A model generated the notes under the pieces. That model was not told where the DNA came from. It saw nothing but the letters and a program-made list of their open reading frames with translations, and made no database searches. Position numbers and translations under genes: made by a program. DNA of 32,000 bases from an uncultured Planctomycetia bacterium (GTDB taxonomy: Bacteria; Omnitrophota; Gorgyraeia; Duberdicusellales; 4484-171), in NCBI GenBank assembly GCA_964536865.1, contig CAZHYN010000001.1:210001-242000 (forward strand). The letters run 5' to 3'. Below, piece by piece: positions 1 to 6,707 of the stretch. How positions within the stretch are numbered: position 1 is the first letter of the stretch; every line of letters starts with the position of its first letter.

Positions 1-693
1 TACTCTATTTTAAGGTACATCTATACTCCAGAAAAAAATATTATTACCGTAGAAGACCCTATAGAGTATCAACTTCTTGGGATAAATCAGGTCAATGTTA
101 ACTATGAGGTAGGGCTCACCTTTGCTAATGCTCTCCGTTCTATACTAAGACAGGATCCCGATGTAATAATGGTAGGAGAGATTAGAGATTTTGATACTGT
201 AGATATTGCTATAAAGGCAGCGTTAACAGGACATCTAGTTATATCTACTCTTCATACCACTACCGCAGTTGGTTCAGTAACTCGTCTTATAAATATGGGA
301 GTTGAACCTTTTCTTTTGTCTTCCACTCTTATCGGTGTTCTTGCTCAGAGGTTAATAAGAAAGTTATGCCCTCATTGTCGAGAGGAAAGCAAGCTTAGCA
401 GTTCCTTGAAAGAGAAGTATAAGATTTCTCCCGATGCTACTATTTACAAACCTAAGGGATGTAAGTTTTGTTTTCACCAGGGATATAGAGGAAGATTAGC
501 TTTAGGAGAGTATTTGCATGTAGATTCTCAAATCAAGAGGTTGATAAGTATTTCTGCTGATGAGCATACTCTTAAGAAAGAGGCAAGAAAAGGAGGGATG
601 AAAACTTTGCGAGATAATGGGATACAAAAAGTAGAAAAAGGATTAACTAGTTTAGAAGAAGTCCTAAAAGCTACTGGAGAAGAGATTGAGTAA
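1..693 (+). CDS. PilB/GspE-family pilus/secretion assembly ATPase, C-terminal part (5' end outside window)
   Basis: Frame 1 is open from base 1 ([24 protein letters not shown]...) into the listed ORF 169..693. Motifs: Asp box VEDPIEY, Walker [11 protein letters not shown], His box [11 protein letters not shown], tetracysteine CPHC...CKFC typical of GspE/PilB C-terminal domains. Confidence 0.9.
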   Translation, partial: YSILRYIYTPEKNIITVEDPIEYQLLGINQVNVNYEVGLTFANALRSILRQDPDVIMVGEIRDFDTVDIAIKAALTGHLVISTLHTTTAVGSVTRLINMGVEPFLLSSTLIGVLAQRLIRKLCPHCREESKLSSSLKEKYKISPDATIYKPKGCKFCFHQGYRGRLALGEYLHVDSQIKRLISISADEHTLKKEARKGGMKTLRDNGIQKVEKGLTSLEEVLKATGEEIE

Positions 694-710
694 GGCCTAA
701 GAGGTAACTT

Positions 711-2399
711 ATGGAGTCTTTAAGAGAAAGAATACTTAAGGATGTTGTAGAAAGAAAAGGGGTAGATAAGAGTATTCTAGATAGGATTAATAAAGAATCA
801 AAGAATATCTATCAACTGAAAGAGAATCTCATTAAGAATAACATAGTCAGCGAAGAAGAGATTTTACTTATTTTCTCTAAGGAGCTTAAGATTCCCTTTT
901 TTGATTTGGGGAAATATAAGGTTTCTTCAGAAAATAAGGAGATAATACCCAAAGAGTTAGCCTTTAAATATAAAGTATTTCCCATATCTAAGATAGGAGA
1001 GGTATTAACCTTAGCTACAGCTAATCCTCTAGATGTTGTAGCCATTGATGATATAAAGATGGTTTGCTCCTTAAACAGAGTGGAGCTAGTATTGGCGAAG
1101 GAGGAGGAGATTATAAGATTCCTAGATGAGCTTTATTCTCAAGAAAAGATTTTTCCTCTTTTAGAGGAGGCTCCGCAAGATGCAGAGGTTCAAGAGGTCT
1201 CTTATAAGGGAGAGGAGAGTTTAGAGAAAGTTATTAAGGAAAGTAATCTCCCCCCTATTATAAGAGTGGTGGATTTGATTATCTACGAAGGATTAAAGAG
1301 GAGGGCTTCCGATATCCATATAGAGCCTACAGAAAAAGATTTATCTATAAGGTATAGGATAGATGGAGTTCTTCATCATGGTTTGAGTCTTCCTAAGATT
1401 AATCAAAATGCTATTTTGGCGAGACTGAAGATTATGTCTTCTTTAAATATTACTGAGTTCAGGGTTCCTCAGGATGGAAGATTTAAAATAAAATTTGAAA
1501 ATAGGGAGATAGATTTTAGAGTTTCGTCTCTTCCCACTGATTTTGGAGAGAAGATAGTGTTAAGGGTTTTAGATAAAGAGAGCCTCTCCTTAGGGCTCAA
1601 AAACTTAGGTTTTTCTCCCAGACCTTTAAAGTTATTTGAAGAAGCCTTAAAAGCCCCCTTTGGCATAATTCTTGTTACTGGCCCTACGGGCAGTGGTAAG
1701 TCTACCACCCTTTACTCAGTAATCACCCAACTAAATACTCCGGACAAAAGTATTATCACTATAGAGGATCCTGTAGAGTATCAAATAGAGGGCATTACTC
1801 AAATTCAAGTAAATCCTGAAATCGGCCTTACCTTTGCTTCCTGTTTAAGGAGTGTATTGCGTCAGTCTCCTGATATAATAATGGTAGGAGAAATTCGAGA
1901 CTCAGAAACTGCTGATATTGCTATTAAAGCTTCTCTTACAGGAGAATTAATATTTTCTACCTTGCATACCAATAACTCTGTGGGAGCAATTACTCGGTTA
2001 GTGGATATGGGAGTGGAGCCATTTTTGGTGGCTTCTTCTTTAATCGCTTCTACTGCTCAGAGGCTAACAAGAAGAGTCTGCCCCAAGTGTAAGGAGGAGT
2101 ATAAACCCGATAAGGAGCTATTAAAGAGAATTAACTTTCCTCCTTTTTCAGGGAAGTTATATAAGGGTAAGGGCTGTGAGTTCTGTCATTATACTGGCTA
2201 TAGGGGGAGGACAGCACTTTTAGAAGTTTTTTCCTTAGATGATAGTTTAAGAGAGATGGTGGCAAAGAGAGCTAGTGAAGAGGAGTTAACTAATTATGCC
2301 CGCAAGCATCGCGATTTTAGCTCACTAAAAGAAGATGGGTTTATAAAATGTATTGAGGGGGTATCGAGTTTAGAGGAAGTTTTAAGGGTAGCAGGTTAG
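711..2399 (+). CDS. pilB: PilB/GspE-family assembly ATPase, full length with T2SSE_N-like N-terminal domain
   Basis: 562 aa. Walker A GPTGSGKST, Asp box IEDPVEY, Walker [11 protein letters not shown], His box variant TGELIFSTLHTN, tetracysteine CPKC...CEFC. N-terminal about 140 aa resembles the GspE/MshE N-domain. SD-like aagagg upstream. Confidence 0.9.
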   Translation: MESLRERILKDVVERKGVDKSILDRINKESKNIYQLKENLIKNNIVSEEEILLIFSKELKIPFFDLGKYKVSSENKEIIPKELAFKYKVFPISKIGEVLTLATANPLDVVAIDDIKMVCSLNRVELVLAKEEEIIRFLDELYSQEKIFPLLEEAPQDAEVQEVSYKGEESLEKVIKESNLPPIIRVVDLIIYEGLKRRASDIHIEPTEKDLSIRYRIDGVLHHGLSLPKINQNAILARLKIMSSLNITEFRVPQDGRFKIKFENREIDFRVSSLPTDFGEKIVLRVLDKESLSLGLKNLGFSPRPLKLFEEALKAPFGIILVTGPTGSGKSTTLYSVITQLNTPDKSIITIEDPVEYQIEGITQIQVNPEIGLTFASCLRSVLRQSPDIIMVGEIRDSETADIAIKASLTGELIFSTLHTNNSVGAITRLVDMGVEPFLVASSLIASTAQRLTRRVCPKCKEEYKPDKELLKRINFPPFSGKLYKGKGCEFCHYTGYRGRTALLEVFSLDDSLREMVAKRASEEELTNYARKHRDFSSLKEDGFIKCIEGVSSLEEVLRVAG

Positions 2400-2406
2400 G
2401 AGGAGT

Positions 2407-3612
2407 ATGGTTTTTTTCTCTTATACAGTAAGGACAAAGGAGGGTAAAACTGTAAGGGGGAGTTTAGAAGCGGAATCTAAAGAGAAGGCTTTAGAATACC
2501 TTCACTCTCAGGGTAATATCATTTTATCCCTTAAAGAAGAAAAGAAAAAAGTTACCCCGAAAAAAAGAGGAGGGAGAGTTAAAGTTGATGAATTGGTGGT
2601 CTTTTCTCGACAGCTTACTACTTTGATAGAGAGCGGTATTCCTGTGGTAGGAGCTTTAGATATTCTTTGGCAACAAACTACTAATCCTTATTTTAAGGCA
2701 GTCTTGGAGGATATTCTGAAGGAGTTAAGGGAGGGAGCGTCCTTAGCTTCCAGTTTAGCAAAACATCCTAAGGTGTTTCCTGAAATTTATGTAAGCATGG
2801 TAGAGGCTGCAGAGACTTCAGGGAACTTACCTCAGATACTGAATAGATTATCTCTGTATTTAGAGAAGGCGAATGCCTTAAGAAAAAAGATTATTTCCAG
2901 TTTAACCTACCCTGCTATTGTAGTAATAATGGCTATAGGGATAAGTAGTTTCCTTATCTTTAAAATTATCCCTACCTTTAAGGGAATATTTGATACTTTA
3001 GGAGGAGATTTACCTCTTCCTACTCAGCTCCTGATTGGTTTTGCTGAGTTAGTGAGAAAAAATGTTCTCTACTTGATAGGAGTTTTTATTATTGCACTGG
3101 TTGCTTTCTACAGATACATCTCTACTCCTAAGGGAAAGAAAATGTATCATAAATTTCTTTTAAATCTTCCTATCTTAGGAGATATAGTAAGAAAGATTAG
3201 TATTGCTAAATTTTCTCGCACCTTTGCTACTCTGATGAAAAGTGGAGTAAATATTACTACTACTCTGAATATCGTAGGCAAAACCAGTGGAAATAAAATT
3301 ATTGAGGAGGCAGTAGCTAATTCTAAAAAAGCGATTCAAGAAGGCATTCCTATTTCTAAACCTCTGGAAGAAAGCGGAGTTTTTCCTCCTATGGTGATAC
3401 GGATGATTGCTGTAGGAGAAAAGAGTGGGAAGTTGGAGGAGATGCTTTCTAAGATTGCTCAGTTCTATGAGGAGCAGACTGATGCGGTAATTTCCGGGCT
3501 TACTAGTTTAATCGAACCTATTGTTATAGCGTTCTTGGGGATAGTTATCGGAGGTATTGTAGTTGCTCTATTTTTACCCATTATAAAGATAACTCAACTT
3601 TTAGGAAGATGA
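2407..3612 (+). CDS. pilC: PilC/GspF-family inner-membrane platform protein
   Basis: 401 aa with duplicated GspF-type domains (FSRQLTTLIESGIPV... and FSRTFATLMKSGVNI...) and three hydrophobic TM segments. Lies 8 nt after the ATPase gene. Confidence 0.9.
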   Translation: MVFFSYTVRTKEGKTVRGSLEAESKEKALEYLHSQGNIILSLKEEKKKVTPKKRGGRVKVDELVVFSRQLTTLIESGIPVVGALDILWQQTTNPYFKAVLEDILKELREGASLASSLAKHPKVFPEIYVSMVEAAETSGNLPQILNRLSLYLEKANALRKKIISSLTYPAIVVIMAIGISSFLIFKIIPTFKGIFDTLGGDLPLPTQLLIGFAELVRKNVLYLIGVFIIALVAFYRYISTPKGKKMYHKFLLNLPILGDIVRKISIAKFSRTFATLMKSGVNITTTLNIVGKTSGNKIIEEAVANSKKAIQEGIPISKPLEESGVFPPMVIRMIAVGEKSGKLEEMLSKIAQFYEEQTDAVISGLTSLIEPIVIAFLGIVIGGIVVALFLPIIKITQLLGR

Positions 3613-3621
3613 CTTTAAAAG

Positions 3622-4062
3622 ATGAAGGATAATTTTACTCTGGTAGAAGTTATGATTGTGGTAGGGATTTTGGTACTTTTAACTGTTCTAGTAGTTCCTA
3701 ATATTTTAAGAGCCCGCATTACTGCTAACGAAGTAGGAGCAATTACTTCCTTAAAAACTGTCTTTTCCTCTGCTCAAATTTATAAAAATATCAACTCTGT
3801 CTACCCTTCCTCTTTAGGAGATTTAGGAGATGCTAATCCCCCTTATATTGAGGAAGAGTTAAGCTGTAATGACCAACCTTGTCCCAAACAAGGGTACAAT
3901 TTCACTCTTACTGGCTCGGAGTACTCTTTCTATGCGGTAGCCTCTCCTCAGATTTTTGGCTTCACCGGGATAAGAAGTTTCTACATAGACGAAAATGGCC
4001 TAGTTAAGTACTGTGATACCGCTGATTGTGATCCTTCCCAGGGGATAATCCTTCAAGAGTAG
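3622..4062 (+). CDS. Type IV pilin-like protein with atypical class III signal (Asn at -1)
   Basis: N-terminus MKDN|FTLVEVMIVVGILVLL...PNILRARITANE is paralogous to the pilin at 4460. Glu+5 is present, but the usual Gly-1 is Asn. Four Cys in the C-terminal half. Confidence 0.75.
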   Translation: MKDNFTLVEVMIVVGILVLLTVLVVPNILRARITANEVGAITSLKTVFSSAQIYKNINSVYPSSLGDLGDANPPYIEEELSCNDQPCPKQGYNFTLTGSEYSFYAVASPQIFGFTGIRSFYIDENGLVKYCDTADCDPSQGIILQE

Positions 4063-4079
4063 AGGAGAATTTCTAGCCA

Positions 4080-4108
4080 TTGAAAAATACCTCCAGGTAT
4101 GCTATATT
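4080..4108 (+). promoter_or_regulatory. Sigma70-type promoter candidate (TTGAAA-17-TATATT)
   Basis: TTGAAA at 4080-4085, 17-nt spacer, TATATT at 4103-4108. The spacer contains the palindrome TACCT-CC-AGGTA (4088-4099). Confidence 0.5.
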
Positions 4109-4114
4109 TTAGGT

Positions 4115-4346
4115 AGACAATCTTGGGAACGAGAAAGGCAAACTCAGGGTAACCTGGGGACCCGCGAAAGCGGCTATTTACCTAACTGGGTAAATAGGCA
4201 AAGCCGTGCGTCCCGCTCTTTCTAAAACCCAGATTAACAGGGGTTTGAAGTTAAAGTGCATAAGGGATGCAGAGGCAGGTAAACTGCAGGATTTAACTAG
4301 AAATATGAAAAGGGCGGGATAGGCAGGTTGCCGAATTCCTAAAAAT
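4115..4346 (+). ncRNA. Candidate structured RNA (riboregulator or sRNA) of unknown class between two pilin genes
   Basis: No ORF. Locally GC-rich in an AT-rich genome. Hairpins: 4143-4148/4153-4158 (GUAA loop), 4162-4165/4170-4173 (GAAA loop), perfect 9 bp 4174-4182/4189-4197, 4225-4230/4241-4246, 4268-4272/4284-4288. Possible long-range pairing 4211-4216/4314-4319. Bounded by a promoter and an intrinsic terminator. Ends are approximate. Confidence 0.5.
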
Positions 4347-4376
4347 ACCCAGGTAGGTTATTACCTGGGTTTTTTA
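4347..4376 (+). terminator. Rho-independent terminator
   Basis: ACCCAGGTA (4347-4355) / TACCTGGGT (4362-4370), 6-nt loop, followed by a T-run through 4375. Confidence 0.7.
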
Positions 4377-4396
4377 ATAGAGAGGGGGGGTAAATA

Positions 4397-4424
4397 TTGA
4401 CATTTCTTCAGATTGTGGTATAGT
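4397..4424 (+). promoter_or_regulatory. Strong sigma70-type promoter with extended -10 for the major pilin
   Basis: TTGACA 4397-4402, 16-nt spacer, TGg-TATAGT (TG 4416-4417, -10 at 4419-4424). About 35 nt upstream of a strong SD (AAGGGGGTGAGG) and ATG 4460. Confidence 0.65.
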
Positions 4425-4459
4425 TAAAAATGGTTTATCAAGAAGAAAGGGGGTGAGGA

Positions 4460-4855
4460 ATGAGGAAAGGTTTTACTTTGGTAGAAATTATGATTGTTGT
4501 AGCAATCATCGCCCTTTTGGCAGCTATTGCTATTCCTAACCTGCTAAGAGCTCGTATCACCGCTAATGAAAGTGCTGCTCAGGCAAACTTAAGAACTATC
4601 TCTACTGCTTTAGAAAATTATGCAGCTGCTAACAACGGAAGTTATGCCACTGACGAGAGTCAACTTACCGATGCTACTCCTCCTTACTTGAATCAATCCT
4701 TCTGTGGCAATACTATTCAAGGGTATACTTACTCTTGTACCCTTGCTGCTACTGGATACACAGTAACCGCTACTCCTGCATCCTGTGGGACGAGTGGAAC
4801 AAAGACTTATACTATAACAACTGGTGGTGTTTTATCTTCAGCGGATTGCTCTTAA
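4460..4855 (+). CDS. pilA: Type IV (pseudo)pilin, probable major subunit
   Basis: MRKG|FTLVEIMIVVAIIALLAAIAIPNLLRARITANE is a canonical class III signal (Gly-1, Phe+1, Glu+5). 131 aa with four Cys, including a C-terminal pair. Has its own promoter, a strong SD and its own terminator. Confidence 0.9.
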   Translation: MRKGFTLVEIMIVVAIIALLAAIAIPNLLRARITANESAAQANLRTISTALENYAAANNGSYATDESQLTDATPPYLNQSFCGNTIQGYTYSCTLAATGYTVTATPASCGTSGTKTYTITTGGVLSSADCS

Positions 4856-4879
4856 CGAATCAAGGTAGGATATCTTTAG

Positions 4880-4915
4880 CCCCCTCTCTTCGAAAAGAGA
4901 GGGGGTATTTTATTT
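4880..4915 (+). terminator. Rho-independent terminator after the major pilin
   Basis: CCCCCTCTCTT (4880-4890) / AAGAGAGGGGG (4895-4905), CGAA loop, then TATTTTATTT. Confidence 0.8.
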
Positions 4916-4925
4916 AAGAGGAAAG

Positions 4926-5276
4926 ATGTTAGTTAAAGCTTATACTCTAGGAGAAGTATTGGTGGCAGGAGCAATTATTTTAATTTGTGTAGCTGGTCTT
5001 CTTTTTCTCTTTGTTACTTGTAGATTTTTAAATGATTTCAACAGTAACCTTGTTACTGCTGCCTCTGATGCGCAAACAGTGCTAGAGCAGATAAAAGATC
5101 TTAGCTATTCTCAGATAGGAAGTTATACTCCTCCTCAGTTTAATCACTTACCTGAGGAAAATGTTACTCTTACAACCTCCTCACAAAATAGATTGACGGA
5201 GGTGACGGTAAATGTCAACTGGACAGAGAGAGGTCAGAAGAGAACTTTCACACTCAAGACATATTTTTCTCCCTAA
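4926..5276 (+). CDS. Minor pseudopilin, GspI/PilV-like, with degenerate prepilin motif
   Basis: MLVKA|YTLGEVLVAGAIILI... has Glu at +5 and a hydrophobic helix. C-terminal beta pattern TEVTVNVNWTERGQKRTFTLKTY resembles GspI/PilV. SD aagagga 4916-4922. Confidence 0.6.
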   Translation: MLVKAYTLGEVLVAGAIILICVAGLLFLFVTCRFLNDFNSNLVTAASDAQTVLEQIKDLSYSQIGSYTPPQFNHLPEENVTLTTSSQNRLTEVTVNVNWTERGQKRTFTLKTYFSP

Positions 5277-5790
5277 ACTAAAGGGGGTTACTCTAGTGGA
5301 AGTTCTCATCGTTACGGCAGTTATGTCAACAATTTTTGCTAGTTTATTTTATGTGCTTACACAGGGGTACCTCTCTAATGAAATTGGGTTAGCAAAGCTA
5401 AAACTTCAAGAGGAAGCAAGGAGGGCGATAGAGGTTATAGGAAAGGATGTTCGTCAGACTACGGTAAGTGAAATCAAAAGTAATAATCCTTCCAGCTCTC
5501 ACCTTAAGTTTCGTATTTATCAAGATTACTCTGGAGGTAATCCTCAATGGAGTAGTAACTATATCGAGTATACTTATGATGCCAATTCTTATAAACTTCA
5601 ACGTACCGATTATAACTCAAATATTACCACCTACTTTTATAACATAGCTAGCCCCCCTTTTGATGTTGAAGAGTTAATTAACAATAACGAAAATAAAATA
5701 AGTATCGATTTAAATATGCAAGAGACAGTGAAAGGTTCTTTACCGATAAATTTTTCTTTAACAGGAGAGGTGACCATACGCAATGAGTAA
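5212..5790 (+). CDS. Minor pilin, PilW/GspJ-like, with long (25-aa) leader
   Basis: Motif ...PKLKG|VTLVEVLIVTAVMSTIF. The only canonical start upstream of the motif is ATG 5212, preceded by GGAGGTGA (5198-5205). Overlaps the previous gene by 65 nt. EEARRAIEVIGKDVRQ resembles PilW/GspJ. Confidence 0.65.
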   Translation: MSTGQREVRRELSHSRHIFLPKLKGVTLVEVLIVTAVMSTIFASLFYVLTQGYLSNEIGLAKLKLQEEARRAIEVIGKDVRQTTVSEIKSNNPSSSHLKFRIYQDYSGGNPQWSSNYIEYTYDANSYKLQRTDYNSNITTYFYNIASPPFDVEELINNNENKISIDLNMQETVKGSLPINFSLTGEVTIRNE

Positions 5791-6685
5791 AAAGGGAGTA
5801 GCTCTTCTTTTAGCCCTTTTGATTCTAGCAGTTCTAGGTATTCTAGGAAGTTCACTTTTTATAAGTAGTTTAACAGAGAGCAACCTAACGAAGAGAGATA
5901 TAAGAGGGAAAAGAGCCTTTTGGGCAGCGGAGTCAGGAATTTCTAAAGGGATAGAAAAGTTAAAAGAATGTGTACAAAGTGGTGATTGCCAGGTAAGCGG
6001 GACTATAGATTATGAAAATGAGAGTTATTCCTATTCTGCTACTATTTCCGTATTAGATAGCCTAAATTATCGTATAGATTCCTCAGGTTCTTTAGGTCAG
6101 ATAACTAAGAATATTTCTGCAGTTGTAAGGTTGAGAGATATCGATGCTAATAATTTTCCTTATGCTATAGAAACTGAGGGTCTTTTGGAGATCGGAGGAA
6201 ATGCTCAGATAACTCCTTCTGATAGCACCAAAGAGCAATCATCTTTAGATTTTAATAGTCTGTTTACTTTTACTAAGGAAGAATTAAAGTCTTACGCTGA
6301 TTACACCTATACGGATCCTCCCAATAATATCACTCCTTGTGAGGGCATCACTTGGGTAGATGTATCTCCTGAGGATGAGTTTAGAATAACTTCAGATAGT
6401 TGGGAAGGTAGTGGTATTCTTGTGATTGAAGGCAATGTTAAAATAACTGGAGGGAGATTCCGAGGGATAATATATATTATTGGGGGGCAGTTAGAGGTAC
6501 CTTTAGAGGTAGCAGCAGGTAACCCCATCATAGAGGGAGCTATCCTAGTGGAATGCATACCCACTAGTACTACTCGCATAAGAGGAGATTTTACTTTGAA
6601 TTATGATCTCGATGCTATCAACGAAGCTTTGGATAATTTAAGATTTATTGCTCCTCGAATAGTAGCGTGGTGGGAAGGTAGTTAA
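5783..6685 (+). CDS. PilX/GspK-like minor pilin (PilX_N-type N-terminus), paralogue 1
   Basis: KKGVALLLALLILAVLGILGSSLF...RAFWAAESGI matches the PilX N-terminal pattern (hydrophobic helix plus A..AAE.G). ATGAGTAA overlap with the upstream gene. Confidence 0.7.
   Translation: MSKKGVALLLALLILAVLGILGSSLFISSLTESNLTKRDIRGKRAFWAAESGISKGIEKLKECVQSGDCQVSGTIDYENESYSYSATISVLDSLNYRIDSSGSLGQITKNISAVVRLRDIDANNFPYAIETEGLLEIGGNAQITPSDSTKEQSSLDFNSLFTFTKEELKSYADYTYTDPPNNITPCEGITWVDVSPEDEFRITSDSWEGSGILVIEGNVKITGGRFRGIIYIIGGQLEVPLEVAAGNPIIEGAILVECIPTSTTRIRGDFTLNYDLDAINEALDNLRFIAPRIVAWWEGS
5911..6171. repeat. 261-bp direct repeat, copy 1 (100% identical to 6833-7093)
   Basis: Base-by-base comparison: identical from AAGAGCCTTTTGGGCAGCGG... 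to ...CCTTATGCTATAGA. The flanking bases differ (5910 a vs 6832 t; 6172 a vs 7094 g). Confidence 0.95.
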
Positions 6686-6707
6686 AAGAGTTTGGGGTGA
6701 ATAAAGG

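Noticed and set aside
711-1130. A functional c-di-GMP-binding MshEN motif in the PilB N-terminal domain.
   Set aside because: Only the hydrophobic spacing is retained. The conserved Arg, both Gly residues and the Gln of the 24-residue motif are replaced (Q, K, N, E), so binding cannot be claimed from the sequence.
4115-4346. The intergenic structured region as a tRNA, tmRNA, RNase P RNA, SRP RNA, 6S RNA or cobalamin riboswitch.
   Set aside because: - There is no T-loop (GTTCGAATC-type) or acceptor structure, and no tag-peptide reading frame.
- There is no GAGGAAAGUCC P4 motif and no GGAAGCAGC SRP domain IV motif.
- The ends do not pair into a 6S-like rod.
- GGGAA...CCCGC is present, but no plus-strand B12 box is.
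- It is left as unknown class, with only a partial GEMM-I resemblance.
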